In this document: positions 30,904 through 40,561 of the stretch, piece after piece | Numbering within the stretch: the first letter of the stretch is position 1 | Layout of the letters: each line of letters opens with the position of its first letter | Assembly: GCA_947487595.1 (NCBI GenBank) | Contig: CANKXJ010000001.1 | Location: forward strand, 1,689 to 65,688 | DNA from: Actinomycetota bacterium | Lineage (GTDB): Bacteria > Actinomycetota > Actinomycetes > Nanopelagicales > Nanopelagicaceae | DNA length: 64,000 nucleotides | Direction of reading: 5' to 3' | Notes under the pieces: model-generated | The model's input: the letters and a program-made list of their open reading frames with translations, nothing else | Databases searched by the model: none | What the model was told of the DNA's origin: nothing | Translations under genes and position numbers: made by a program

Positions 30904-31911
30904 ATGGCCGTTGGAATCCTTCTAGTTGGTGGCTTTGGAACACGTTTAATGCCACTGACTAAAAACACACCAAAACCAATGCTCACAGTTGCTGGTTTGC
31001 CAGTAACAGAACATCAATTGGCTATGGCAAAAAAGGCAGGAATAACAACGGTAGTTCTTGCCACTTCATATCTCTCTGAAGTTTTCATTCCTTATTTTGG
31101 CGATGGATCTCAATGGGGAATGAAACTGCTCTATGCCGTTGAAAAAGAGCCTTTGGGCACAGGCGGTGCTATTAGAAACGCTGCAAAACTATTGGCGAAT
31201 GATGAATCTGTTGTTGTCTTTAATGGTGATGTTTTAAGTTCACACAATTTATCACTTCAAATACAAGAACATGAAGCAAATAATGCTGATGCAACACTAC
31301 ATTTAACAGCAGTTCAAGATGCTCGTTCTTATGGTTGTGTTCCAACTGATTCTGATGGTCGTGTGACAGCTTTTCTAGAAAAAATGGAAAATCCAGTTAC
31401 AAATACCATTAACGCCGGGTGCTATGTGTTCAAATCTTCAGTGATTCAAACAATAGAACCAGATCGAGTTGTAAGTGTTGAAAGGGAAGTCTTTCCAAAT
31501 CTTGTGGCTGCACATGGGAAAGTCTTTGGTTTTATTGATGATTCTTATTGGTTAGACATTGGCACACCACAAGCACTACTTAAGGGCTCACAAGATTTAG
31601 TAACAGGCTTAGCCGATTCAGCTGCTTTAACCTCTGAACATATCGAAAGCCAAGGCAAGGATTTCTTAATAATGAAAGGCGCACAGGTGGATCCATCTGC
31701 ACACATTGATGGGGGAAGCTGTATTTCTAGTGGCGCAGTAGTTGGGGCGGGTGCCCATATCTCAGCTTCCATCATTGAATCTGGGGCCGAAGTAGGCGCA
31801 GCTGCAACGATCACTAATTCATTTATTGCATCGGGGGCAGTTGTGGCTGAATCGGCGAAAATATCGGCATCTTTTGTGACAAATACAGAAATAATCGAAA
31901 TCCCAGCTTGA
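30904..31911 (+). CDS. Mannose-1-phosphate guanylyltransferase / NDP-sugar synthase
   Basis: LVGGFGTRL.PLT..TPKPM, EPLGTGGAI, FNGD, WLDIGTP, C-terminal hexapeptide repeats. Confidence 0.88.
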   Translation: MAVGILLVGGFGTRLMPLTKNTPKPMLTVAGLPVTEHQLAMAKKAGITTVVLATSYLSEVFIPYFGDGSQWGMKLLYAVEKEPLGTGGAIRNAAKLLANDESVVVFNGDVLSSHNLSLQIQEHEANNADATLHLTAVQDARSYGCVPTDSDGRVTAFLEKMENPVTNTINAGCYVFKSSVIQTIEPDRVVSVEREVFPNLVAAHGKVFGFIDDSYWLDIGTPQALLKGSQDLVTGLADSAALTSEHIESQGKDFLIMKGAQVDPSAHIDGGSCISSGAVVGAGAHISASIIESGAEVGAAATITNSFIASGAVVAESAKISASFVTNTEIIEIPA

Positions 31912-31950
31912 TTTAAGCGTGAATTACCTCCAATAAGGGCTCGTCTTGGC

Positions 31951-31981
31951 TTGACTTATTCGACTTACACGCGTGTAATTC
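31951..31981 (+). promoter_or_regulatory. Putative whiB2 promoter with embedded 14-bp palindrome
   Basis: TTGACT 31951-31956, GTAATT near 31975-31980, perfect palindrome TTACACGCGTGTAA 31965-31978. Confidence 0.55.
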
Positions 31982-32041
31982 ACTTATTAGTAAGTCTTTT
32001 CCACAAGGGATCAGACCCGAAGTTTTCAAGGAGAATCGACG

Positions 32042-32341
32042 ATGCCGATTAAACCTGAAGCCACGAACTCCCCAACCCCCACGACTGGCCCAAAGATCAC
32101 ACTAGCGACTGGGGAGAGTATTGAACTCTCTTGGCAAGAACGCGCATTGTGTGCGCAAACAGATCCAGAAGCATTCTTTCCTGAAAAAGGCGGCTCAACT
32201 CGCGAAGCAAAGCGTGTGTGTCTTTCCTGCGATGTTCGCTCAGAGTGCTTGGAATACGCACTTGCACATGACGAACGCTTTGGAATTTGGGGCGGACTAT
32301 CAGAGCGCGAACGTCGTCGCTTAAAGCGCCGTTCTGCGTAA
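32042..32341 (+). CDS. whiB2: WhiB2/WhmD-type Fe-S transcription factor
   Basis: WQERALCAQTDPEAFFPEKGGSTREAK.VC..C.VR.ECLEYAL..DERFGIWGGLSERERR; SD AAGGAG. Confidence 0.96.
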   Translation: MPIKPEATNSPTPTTGPKITLATGESIELSWQERALCAQTDPEAFFPEKGGSTREAKRVCLSCDVRSECLEYALAHDERFGIWGGLSERERRRLKRRSA

Positions 32342-32380
32342 TCTTTTAATCCCAACTCTTTAAGAGATGGTGGTTTAGTT

Positions 32381-35300
32381 GTGGCAATAACAGATAGACA
32401 TTTAGTCACCGCAATTGTTGTTACACACGATGGTGAAACATGGCTACCTGCAGTTGTTGCTGCATTGGCTTCACAAACTAGACCTGCAGATCAAATTGTT
32501 GCAGTTGATACAGCATCGATTGATTCATCTACAAAACTCATAAAAGCTGCGCGCATTGCCTTAATTGCCGCCGATCGTGACTGCGGATTTGGTGATGCTG
32601 TTGCGCTCGCAGTTGCAAAAATGCCTAAACATATTGAAGGCAATAGTGAATGGATTTGGTTAATCCATGATGACTGCGCACCAACACCAACAGCACTTGA
32701 AAAACTATTAGAGGCAATTGATGATCGACCTCAAGTTGCAATGGTGGGTCCAAAACTTCTAGGTTGGCATGATCGCACTCACATACTTGAAGCTGGAATT
32801 AGTATTGCTGGCAACGGTGCTCGCTGGACAGGTCTTGAAACCGATGAATATGACCAAGGCCAACATGATGGTATTCATGATGTTCTTTCGGTCAGTACCG
32901 CAGGTGCATTAATACGACGAGATATATTTGAAGAACTCGGTGGCTTTGATTCAAACCTTTCCCTCTTTCGTGATGACATAGATTTTGGCTGGCGGGCCAG
33001 AGTTGCTGGCCATGGAGTTATTGCCACGACAGCTGCCGTTGCCCACCATGCGCAAGCTTCGGCTTCAGAGCGCCGCAGCGTGGACGTTAATGGTGCGCTC
33101 TTGCATCGCCCCTTACTTCTTGATCGTAGAAATGCTGCCTATGTTTTATTAGCTAACTCATCGTGGTGGATGATTCCTTGGCTATCGATTCAATTATTAG
33201 CCTCTGCAATGGTGCGCTCCATTGGTTATCTATTGGCAAAACTTCCTGGCTATGCAGCCGATGAACTATTGGCTGTGGGTACCTTGATTATTCAGCCGGC
33301 TGAGATAGTAAGAGCAAGAAAATTTAGAAAAACAAAAAGATTAGTGTCTTCTCGTGTTATCTCTTCCTATATACCTCCTCGTTGGTCACAGATTCGCTTA
33401 TCAGCGGCCCGCATTGCAGAAGTGATTAGAGCAAAAGTTATCCCTGTTACGGAGAGCTCTTCAGTATCTGTTTTAAACTCACTTGAAGAAGAGGACTTAC
33501 TGGTACCAACTCAACGTTTTCAGATAAGTAAGTTGTTAAAAAACCCAGCGATTTTTGGATTTCTCTCACTTGCAATAATCACTCTCATACAATCCCGCAA
33601 TCGCTTTGGGGCCTTAAATGGCGGTGCACTTGTGGCCTCACCAAGTGGGGCTAGAGATTTATGGGGGATTTATTTTGAGTCTTGGCACCAAGTAGGAATG
33701 GGGAGCTCAGCTGCATCCCCAGCCTGGCTTGCTGTCGTGGCCTTGGCATCGACTCTGTTTCTAGGTAAAACACCGCTTTTAATAACTATATTCTTTTTAG
33801 CTGCGCCACTTCTGATTATGTGGTCGGGCCACTCATTCCTGCGAAAGCTTTCTAACAACCAATTCATCACTATTCCAGCCAGTTTCTTATATGCACTATC
33901 GCCAGTAGTTCTGGCCTCAGTGAACTCAGGACGATTAGCAACTCTTGTTGCCTTAATCATTGCACCGCAAATTCCGATGATTCTAAGTGATTGGAAGCAA
34001 GTAGAGACCAACAACTGGCGTCGCATCTATGCATTAACTATTTTGCTAGCTGTCTTAACTTCATTTACTTTAATAACAACTCTTGCGAGCTTGGGAGTTA
34101 TCGGATTTGCAATATTCAGTGACTACAACGAGAAATTGGAGAAGCCATTATTTCTGGCAAGGCTCTACAAGCGTTTAACGTTGCTGATATTCCCATTTGT
34201 ATTGGTTGCTCCATATTCATTTGAAGCTCTCATTCGCCCTTCCCGCTTTCTAGCCGAACCAGGTCTTAACCTTGCAGGAGGTTCCACTGCTTTAGTTCTT
34301 TCGGGTAATCCAGGCGGTGCTGGATCTCTACCTTGGTGGACAGTTAGCCCAATTCTGCTTCTCCTAATCATTGCCCTTTTTTCATCCTCCAATGCGCGCT
34401 CTTTCGCACAAGTCGGTATCTCATTTTTATCTGCAGCAGTTTTGTTCTCATCTCTCTCAATAACAGTGCACGGCAATAGCGCTGGGACTAGAACTTGGGT
34501 TGGAACTTTCTTAGTTGGGGCAACTCTTGCATCGGTGGCAGCTGGTGTTGTCATTTTGGACCGTTTACGAACTGTGCTCATTGCAAGCAATATTCACTAC
34601 CGGCATATTTTGGCAGGCCTACTTTTAATTATTACCTCGCTTTATTCGATCTCTAGTGTTGGCTGGTCCATTACTGCTGGTGCAGATTCACCTGTACAGA
34701 GCAATATGAAGGGAGTTATGCCAGCTTTTCTCACTACTGAAGCTGATACTAAAACTTTAGTCTTACGTGAAGTTGGTGCTGAGAACTCAAAATCAATCCA
34801 GTACTACATCTCACGAGGTGAAGATATTTCACTGGGTGAACCAGATGTAGCACCTGGGCAAGTACGAGCGATTGAAATTGCAGCTCAAGAACTCATCGAT
34901 GGTTCTGGAATTAATAGCAGCCAAGTCTTTTCTTCATATGGAATCAAGTATGTATTTGTTAAAAACCCATTTAGTCGCAATGTGATTCGAACCATCGATG
35001 GTCTTGGTGGATTTGCTCGCACATCAGCAACTTCGGCTGGTGTTGTTTGGAGAGTCACTGGTGTGACTGGTCGAATTATTTTTACTGCAAAAGATGGAAC
35101 ACGTTCTGTGTTAGAGGCTGGCGAAGTAGGAGCTCGCACCATGGTTTATGGTCCAGGCTCAATTACTTTGACGGAAACTTTTGATCGTTCATGGCAAGTT
35201 CTGCAAAATGGATATCGATTAGATCGTGCTAAAGATGAACAGTCATTGCCACAGTTTCAGGTAAAAGAGGCTGGTGAAATATCTCTTATTCATGATGGAA

Positions 35301-35413
35301 CTATTAGGCGGGCATGGCTATCACTGCAGTTAATCGCTTGGACCCTAGCGATCATTTTGGCTGCACCTGCTGGTCGCAGAAAACGTGAAATTTCAGTGAA
35401 GGAGTTGGCATGA
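32381..35413 (+). CDS. Large GT2 glycosyltransferase fused to a multi-pass membrane region
   Basis: VTAIVVTHDG, WIWLIHDD, GGFD...FRDDIDFGWR, many TM helices; usual position after whiB. Confidence 0.85.
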   Translation: MAITDRHLVTAIVVTHDGETWLPAVVAALASQTRPADQIVAVDTASIDSSTKLIKAARIALIAADRDCGFGDAVALAVAKMPKHIEGNSEWIWLIHDDCAPTPTALEKLLEAIDDRPQVAMVGPKLLGWHDRTHILEAGISIAGNGARWTGLETDEYDQGQHDGIHDVLSVSTAGALIRRDIFEELGGFDSNLSLFRDDIDFGWRARVAGHGVIATTAAVAHHAQASASERRSVDVNGALLHRPLLLDRRNAAYVLLANSSWWMIPWLSIQLLASAMVRSIGYLLAKLPGYAADELLAVGTLIIQPAEIVRARKFRKTKRLVSSRVISSYIPPRWSQIRLSAARIAEVIRAKVIPVTESSSVSVLNSLEEEDLLVPTQRFQISKLLKNPAIFGFLSLAIITLIQSRNRFGALNGGALVASPSGARDLWGIYFESWHQVGMGSSAASPAWLAVVALASTLFLGKTPLLITIFFLAAPLLIMWSGHSFLRKLSNNQFITIPASFLYALSPVVLASVNSGRLATLVALIIAPQIPMILSDWKQVETNNWRRIYALTILLAVLTSFTLITTLASLGVIGFAIFSDYNEKLEKPLFLARLYKRLTLLIFPFVLVAPYSFEALIRPSRFLAEPGLNLAGGSTALVLSGNPGGAGSLPWWTVSPILLLLIIALFSSSNARSFAQVGISFLSAAVLFSSLSITVHGNSAGTRTWVGTFLVGATLASVAAGVVILDRLRTVLIASNIHYRHILAGLLLIITSLYSISSVGWSITAGADSPVQSNMKGVMPAFLTTEADTKTLVLREVGAENSKSIQYYISRGEDISLGEPDVAPGQVRAIEIAAQELIDGSGINSSQVFSSYGIKYVFVKNPFSRNVIRTIDGLGGFARTSATSAGVVWRVTGVTGRIIFTAKDGTRSVLEAGEVGARTMVYGPGSITLTETFDRSWQVLQNGYRLDRAKDEQSLPQFQVKEAGEISLIHDGTIRRAWLSLQLIAWTLAIILAAPAGRRKREISVKELA

Positions 35414-36720
35414 AATTCGAAAAGCCTTTTCTTTTCTTATCTGCACTCATCGCAAGTTTCATGATTGCATCAGGGGTAACCACAGTCTCGAAGCCAAGTA
35501 ATTACTCTGAAAGCTACCCAGTGGTGGTTTGTCCGCCAACGCTCAAAGGTTTAACTTCACAGATATCTATCTCTTCACGCAAGGTTCAGTACCAACGATT
35601 GGAAAATCGCAGTAGCAAGACTGTGCCTTTTAAGGCACTTCGCTTTCCAGTAACCAAGGATTCCCTAGTTATTTCTGCCCAGGGAACCACTCCACTTATT
35701 TGGCAAAGCAGGGCAGGAAGTTGGGCCGGAGGAACCCTGTGTTCTGGGCCAAGTTCTGCGGCTTGGTTTGTTGGTGGAACCGCTAATGTCACAACGCGTG
35801 GTCGACTCATTCTTGTTAATAGCGGATTAAGTGATGCCATCGTAGATATTCAGAGTTATACCGAAAATGCAAAACAACCAATTAAATCTGTAAATTTAAA
35901 GTCAAAGAGCTTTATGCAATTTTCAATTGACACACTTGCCCCAGGTGATAAAGCCTTGGCAGTTCACGTAGTTCCACGATCTGGTCGTGTTAACGCATTC
36001 ATGATTGATGAACAAGGGGCTGGCTTAAAAGCGCTGGGTGGAGATTTTGTAAACTCCTATCCAAGTGCAGCTAAAGAAGTTGTCATACCAGCCATCCCTA
36101 ACCAGCTTCCTAAAAAGGGTGAAAAAGCCTCCTCTTTACACACATTACGAATTCTCACACCCGGAGATGTGAATACAACATTCACGTTAGAGGTTTTATC
36201 CGCCGATGGCAGCTTTGTTCCTGTTGGCATGAGTTCACGTTCAATTGATGCTGGCGTGGTCTCTGAGTTTTCTTTCAAGCCAAAAATCTCAGCAAGTGCC
36301 TTTGCTGTTCGCATCACGTCTCCTGAACCAATAGTTGCTTCGATTTCATCATCAGTAACATTAAGCGGGCGTAAGGACTTTGTTTGGAGCACAGCCACAC
36401 CACCTCTTACACCGATGTCGATTGCTGTGACAGGACTATCACCACTGATCGCATTTGCAGGAGATTCAATTGCCGTGAAAGTCCAAACCAAGTTAATAAA
36501 TGGAAAAACCATCAGCGCAGTAGTCAAAGGCAGCGACATCGCTACATGGCGCGTTCCAGAAAATGCACGTTCAATTACGATTATTTCCAGCAGTAAAGGG
36601 GTCTTTGCTGGCGCGCTTATAGCCTCAAGTAATGGTTATGGATTTATTCCTATCCAGAACGGCAGTGCTCTCACACGAGTAGAAGTTCCGAATTCAAACA
36701 TTCGTGTTTTAAATCCCTAG
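35410..36720 (+). CDS. Secreted/membrane-anchored protein (DUF5719-like)
   Basis: N-terminal hydrophobic segment, C...WFVGG...L.LVN motif; ATGA-coupled to the GT2. Confidence 0.65.
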   Translation: MKFEKPFLFLSALIASFMIASGVTTVSKPSNYSESYPVVVCPPTLKGLTSQISISSRKVQYQRLENRSSKTVPFKALRFPVTKDSLVISAQGTTPLIWQSRAGSWAGGTLCSGPSSAAWFVGGTANVTTRGRLILVNSGLSDAIVDIQSYTENAKQPIKSVNLKSKSFMQFSIDTLAPGDKALAVHVVPRSGRVNAFMIDEQGAGLKALGGDFVNSYPSAAKEVVIPAIPNQLPKKGEKASSLHTLRILTPGDVNTTFTLEVLSADGSFVPVGMSSRSIDAGVVSEFSFKPKISASAFAVRITSPEPIVASISSSVTLSGRKDFVWSTATPPLTPMSIAVTGLSPLIAFAGDSIAVKVQTKLINGKTISAVVKGSDIATWRVPENARSITIISSSKGVFAGALIASSNGYGFIPIQNGSALTRVEVPNSNIRVLNP

Positions 36721-36762
36721 CAATCCCTAATAATTGGCACACAGGCCACTAATGTTCTAACC

Positions 36763-37134
36763 ATGAAGTCACCAGCACAGGTAGGTCGAGCTTGCTCTCG
36801 TGTGGGCTGCCGCTCAATTGCCACGATGACTCTGACTTATATTTATGCTGAATCAACTGCTGTAGTCGGACCACTTGCTACATATTCAGAACCACATGCA
36901 TATGATCTATGTGTAATTCATGGTGAGCGTTTGAAAGTTCCACACGGATGGAATGTTATTAAGCAAGAGCTAACAGGAAATGAGCCTGGTCCATCAGATG
37001 ATGATTTAATGGCGATCGCAGATGCAGTGCGTGAAGTTGCAAAGCGAAGTGAAGAAACACCTGCAGTTGTAGGTGAGGATACTTCACACGCTTCAATTGG
37101 ACGCCGAGGTCACCTACGGGCTGTTCCATCGTAA
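36763..37134 (+). CDS. DUF3499 family protein
   Basis: CSR.GC, TLTY.YA.STAVVGPL, EPHAYDLC..H, DDLMAIADAVRE, RRGHLR. Confidence 0.9.
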   Translation: MKSPAQVGRACSRVGCRSIATMTLTYIYAESTAVVGPLATYSEPHAYDLCVIHGERLKVPHGWNVIKQELTGNEPGPSDDDLMAIADAVREVAKRSEETPAVVGEDTSHASIGRRGHLRAVPS

Positions 37135-37144
37135 GGAATAATTA

Positions 37145-38506
37145 ATGTCGCAAGAGATTGCAAATATTTTTAAAGCATATGACATTCGTGGGCTCGTTGA
37201 TTTAGAGATAACTCCAGACTTTACTTTTGCTACAGGCGTCGCATATGCCCGCTTTCTACAACAACAGCGCGAGCCGGGAACAGTTGTTATTGGTGAAGAT
37301 ATGCGGCTATCTTCAATTCCACTTGCAGATGCATTTTCTGCCGGAGTTACTTCTTTAGGAATGGATGTCATTCGTATTGGATTAGCCTCAACAGATATGT
37401 TGTATTTTGCTTCAGGCAAACTGGGCTTACCAGGTGCGATGTTTACCGCTAGCCACAACCCTGCTGAATATAACGGAATCAAACTCTGTCTAAGCAGTGC
37501 AAGACCAATTGGTAAAGAGTCAGGTTTACTTACAATTGAAAACTTTGTTCGCAAAGGTTCAGCACTTGAACTTCGCTCAGTTGGGGTTGAAACTCAACGG
37601 GACATGCTTGAAGAGTATGTGGATCACCTTTTAAGCCTTGTAGATCTCACCACCATTCGCCCGCTTAAAATCGTTGTAGATGCAGGAAATGGAATGGCTG
37701 GACACACAGCTCCAGCGATATTTGCGCGGCTAAACTGCGAAATAATCCCTATGTACTTTGAACTAGATGGAACCTTCCCCAATCATGAGGCAAATCCAAT
37801 AGATGAAAAGAACCTGCGAGATCTTCAAAAAGCAGTTATCAAACACGGTGCAGATTTAGGTCTGGCTTTTGATGGTGATGCTGATCGTTGTTTTTTAGTT
37901 GATGAGAAAGCTCAAGCAGTTAATCCATCCGATTTAACATCTTTGATTGCAGAGCGCGAGCTCAAGAAAAACCCTGGAGCAACGATTATTTATAATTTAA
38001 TCTCATCGCGGGCTGTGCTAGAAGTTATTGAAGAAAATGGTGGCGTTGGGCTTCGCTCTCGTGTTGGACATTCTTATATAAAGAAAATGATGGCTGAAAG
38101 TAAAGCGATTTTTGGTGGGGAGCATTCAGGCCATTTTTATTTTGATGATTTCTGGAGAGCAGATTCAGGCGCACTTGCAGCTCTGCATGCAATCGCGGCA
38201 TTAGGAGAATCTAATAAATCTATGTCAGAGATTTTAAAGCCGTATCAGCGATATTTCCTCAGTGGTGAAATCAATTCCAAAGTTACAGATACGCAGGCAG
38301 CAACTGCATTAGTTGAGGCCACGTATAGTTCTATGGCCGGGGTGACAACGGATCATCTTGATGGACTCACAGTCAATGGCGATACGTGGTGGTTTAATCT
38401 TCGCCCCTCGAATACAGAGCCATTGCTTAGACTCAACGTTGAGGCCAAGGCGCCAGAGCGCATGCAAGAGCTACGTGATGAGGTTCTCTCCCTTATTCGT
38501 GGCTAG
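37145..38506 (+). CDS. manB: Phosphomannomutase/phosphoglucomutase
   Basis: FKAYDIRG, TASHNP, FDGDADR, GGEHSGH, RPSNTEP. Confidence 0.93.
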   Translation: MSQEIANIFKAYDIRGLVDLEITPDFTFATGVAYARFLQQQREPGTVVIGEDMRLSSIPLADAFSAGVTSLGMDVIRIGLASTDMLYFASGKLGLPGAMFTASHNPAEYNGIKLCLSSARPIGKESGLLTIENFVRKGSALELRSVGVETQRDMLEEYVDHLLSLVDLTTIRPLKIVVDAGNGMAGHTAPAIFARLNCEIIPMYFELDGTFPNHEANPIDEKNLRDLQKAVIKHGADLGLAFDGDADRCFLVDEKAQAVNPSDLTSLIAERELKKNPGATIIYNLISSRAVLEVIEENGGVGLRSRVGHSYIKKMMAESKAIFGGEHSGHFYFDDFWRADSGALAALHAIAALGESNKSMSEILKPYQRYFLSGEINSKVTDTQAATALVEATYSSMAGVTTDHLDGLTVNGDTWWFNLRPSNTEPLLRLNVEAKAPERMQELRDEVLSLIRG

Positions 38507-38585
38507 GTGCGTGCCTTCATTACTCGCTTTAGGCGTGGGGGCAGTAACCTATGCTCCTGACCGCAGTCGATAAAAGGAGCTTTTC

Positions 38586-39872
38586 GTGAACGTACCAGTT
38601 ACTTCTACTCTTCCAAAGCACGATATTGCAGATGCATCTCTTGCTACACAGGGACGCATGCGCATTGAATGGGCAGAGCGCAATATGCCTGTTCTTGCTC
38701 AAATCCGTCAACGCTTTGAAAAGTCACAACCCTTTGCTGGTGTTCGCATCTCTGCGTGCATGCACGTAACAACTGAGACAGCTGTCTTAATGCGCGTTCT
38801 AAAAGCTGGCGGTGCTGATATCGCTCTATGTGCATCAAATCCACTTTCAACTCAAGATGACACTGCAGCTGCTTTGGTCCATGAGTATGGAATCTCAGTT
38901 TTTGCTCGCAACGCTGTTGACCGCGATGGTTACTACAAGCACATCAACGCATCCCTTGATATCGAACCACACCAAGTTTTCGATGATGGTTGCGACCTCG
39001 TCAACACTCTTCACACAACTCGCAAAGAATTAATTCCAAATATCGCTGGTGGTTGCGAAGAAACCACAACAGGAGTTATCCGTCTGAACCAGATGGCAAA
39101 AGATGGAGCACTTCAGTTCCCAATGATTGCTGTGAACGATACAGACACAAAGCACATGTTTGATAACCGTTATGGAACAGGTCAATCAACTCTTGATGCA
39201 GTATTTCGTTCAACTAACTTCCTTCTAGCAGGACGCATCCTTGTTGTTGCTGGATTCGGTTACTGCGGTAAGGGTGTTGCAGAACGCGCAAAGGGAATGG
39301 GCGCTGATGTCATCATTACTGAGATTGATCCAACTAAGGCGTTAGATGCGATGATGCAAGGTTTCCGCGTTATGCCAATGGCAGATGCTGCAAAGGTTGG
39401 CGATGTTTTCATTACTGTTACTGGTAACCGTGATGTATTGCGCGATGAGCACTTTGCAGTAATGAAGGATGGCGCAATCATGGCTAACTCAGGCCACTTT
39501 GATATTGAAATCGACGTTGCTTGGCTAGAACAGCATTCAGTGAAGAAGAATGTAAAGATGCGCCACCAGACTGATGAGTATGTAATGGCTGATGGTCGCC
39601 GTTTACTTCTTCTTGCAGAAGGTCGCCTTGTAAACCTTGGCGCAGCAGAAGGTCACCCAGCATCAGTTATGGATATGTCATTTTCTGATCAAGCATTAAC
39701 TGCCGAATACCTTGTTAAAGAAGCTAAGAACTTGAAGCCTGGTGTTCACAACGTTCCTACATATATCGATAAGGAAGTTGCTAGCTTAAAGTTAAAGAGC
39801 ATGGGCGGCCTCATTGACACACTTACTCCAGCACAAGATATGTACTTGAACTCTTGGGAGCACGGTAGCTAA
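38586..39872 (+). CDS. ahcY: S-adenosylhomocysteine hydrolase (short type)
   Basis: CMHVT.ET, SNPLSTQD, EETTTG, FDNRYGTGQS, GFGYCGKG, GRLVNL..AEGHP; SD AAGGAG. Confidence 0.96.
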   Translation: MNVPVTSTLPKHDIADASLATQGRMRIEWAERNMPVLAQIRQRFEKSQPFAGVRISACMHVTTETAVLMRVLKAGGADIALCASNPLSTQDDTAAALVHEYGISVFARNAVDRDGYYKHINASLDIEPHQVFDDGCDLVNTLHTTRKELIPNIAGGCEETTTGVIRLNQMAKDGALQFPMIAVNDTDTKHMFDNRYGTGQSTLDAVFRSTNFLLAGRILVVAGFGYCGKGVAERAKGMGADVIITEIDPTKALDAMMQGFRVMPMADAAKVGDVFITVTGNRDVLRDEHFAVMKDGAIMANSGHFDIEIDVAWLEQHSVKKNVKMRHQTDEYVMADGRRLLLLAEGRLVNLGAAEGHPASVMDMSFSDQALTAEYLVKEAKNLKPGVHNVPTYIDKEVASLKLKSMGGLIDTLTPAQDMYLNSWEHGS

Positions 39873-40558
39873 TGACATTGGTTATGGTCGTCGATGACGA
39901 CCAGGACCTTGCCGAAATGCTCGGCATTGTTTTAACCGGTGCAGGTATTGATGTAGACCTTGTAAGTCGCGGGGATGAAGTTCTCGATGTATTTCGTAAC
40001 AATCCACCAGACTTAGTTCTGTTGGATGTTATGTTGCCTGGACTCGATGGCATTGAAGTCTGTAGATTACTTCGAGCAGAATCAATGGTTCCAATCATTA
40101 TGTTAACCGCAAAAGGTGATTCGCATGATGTTGTGCGTGGGCTTGAAGCTGGGGCAGATGATTACATGGTTAAACCTTTTAGACATCCATCAGAGTTGAT
40201 TGCCCGTATTCGCACACGCTTGCGCCGAACAAATGTTGATGTCGCTGGATTATTAACTATTGGCGACTTAGCCATAGATGTTCAAGCACATCAAGTTTTG
40301 CGCGCAGGTAAGCAGATTTTATTGACTCGCTTGGAGTTTGATTTATTAGTAGCACTGGCTAAAGAGCCTGGCCGTGTATTTACGCGTGATGCGTTGCTCA
40401 GTGAAGTGTGGGGCTATCGCCATTCCACTGATACACGTCTGGTCAATGTCCACGTTCAACGTCTTCGCTCCAAGATCGAGCATGATTCAGAGCGACCTGA
40501 AATTGTGGTTACTGTGCGCGGAGTTGGTTACAAAGCTGGAGTGATGGGCGGTTCCTAA
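39872..40558 (+). CDS. mtrA: Response regulator MtrA
   Basis: VVDDD..LAEML.IVL, VWGYRH..DTRLVNVHVQRLRSKIE; follows ahcY. Confidence 0.93.
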   Translation: MTLVMVVDDDQDLAEMLGIVLTGAGIDVDLVSRGDEVLDVFRNNPPDLVLLDVMLPGLDGIEVCRLLRAESMVPIIMLTAKGDSHDVVRGLEAGADDYMVKPFRHPSELIARIRTRLRRTNVDVAGLLTIGDLAIDVQAHQVLRAGKQILLTRLEFDLLVALAKEPGRVFTRDALLSEVWGYRHSTDTRLVNVHVQRLRSKIEHDSERPEIVVTVRGVGYKAGVMGGS

Positions 40559-40561
40559 ACT

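Noticed and set aside
38507-38585. Canonical SAH or SAM riboswitch upstream of ahcY
   Set aside because: The GAGGAGCG...GCTC-type SAH consensus and SAM-class cores are not recognisable; kept only as a candidate novel leader
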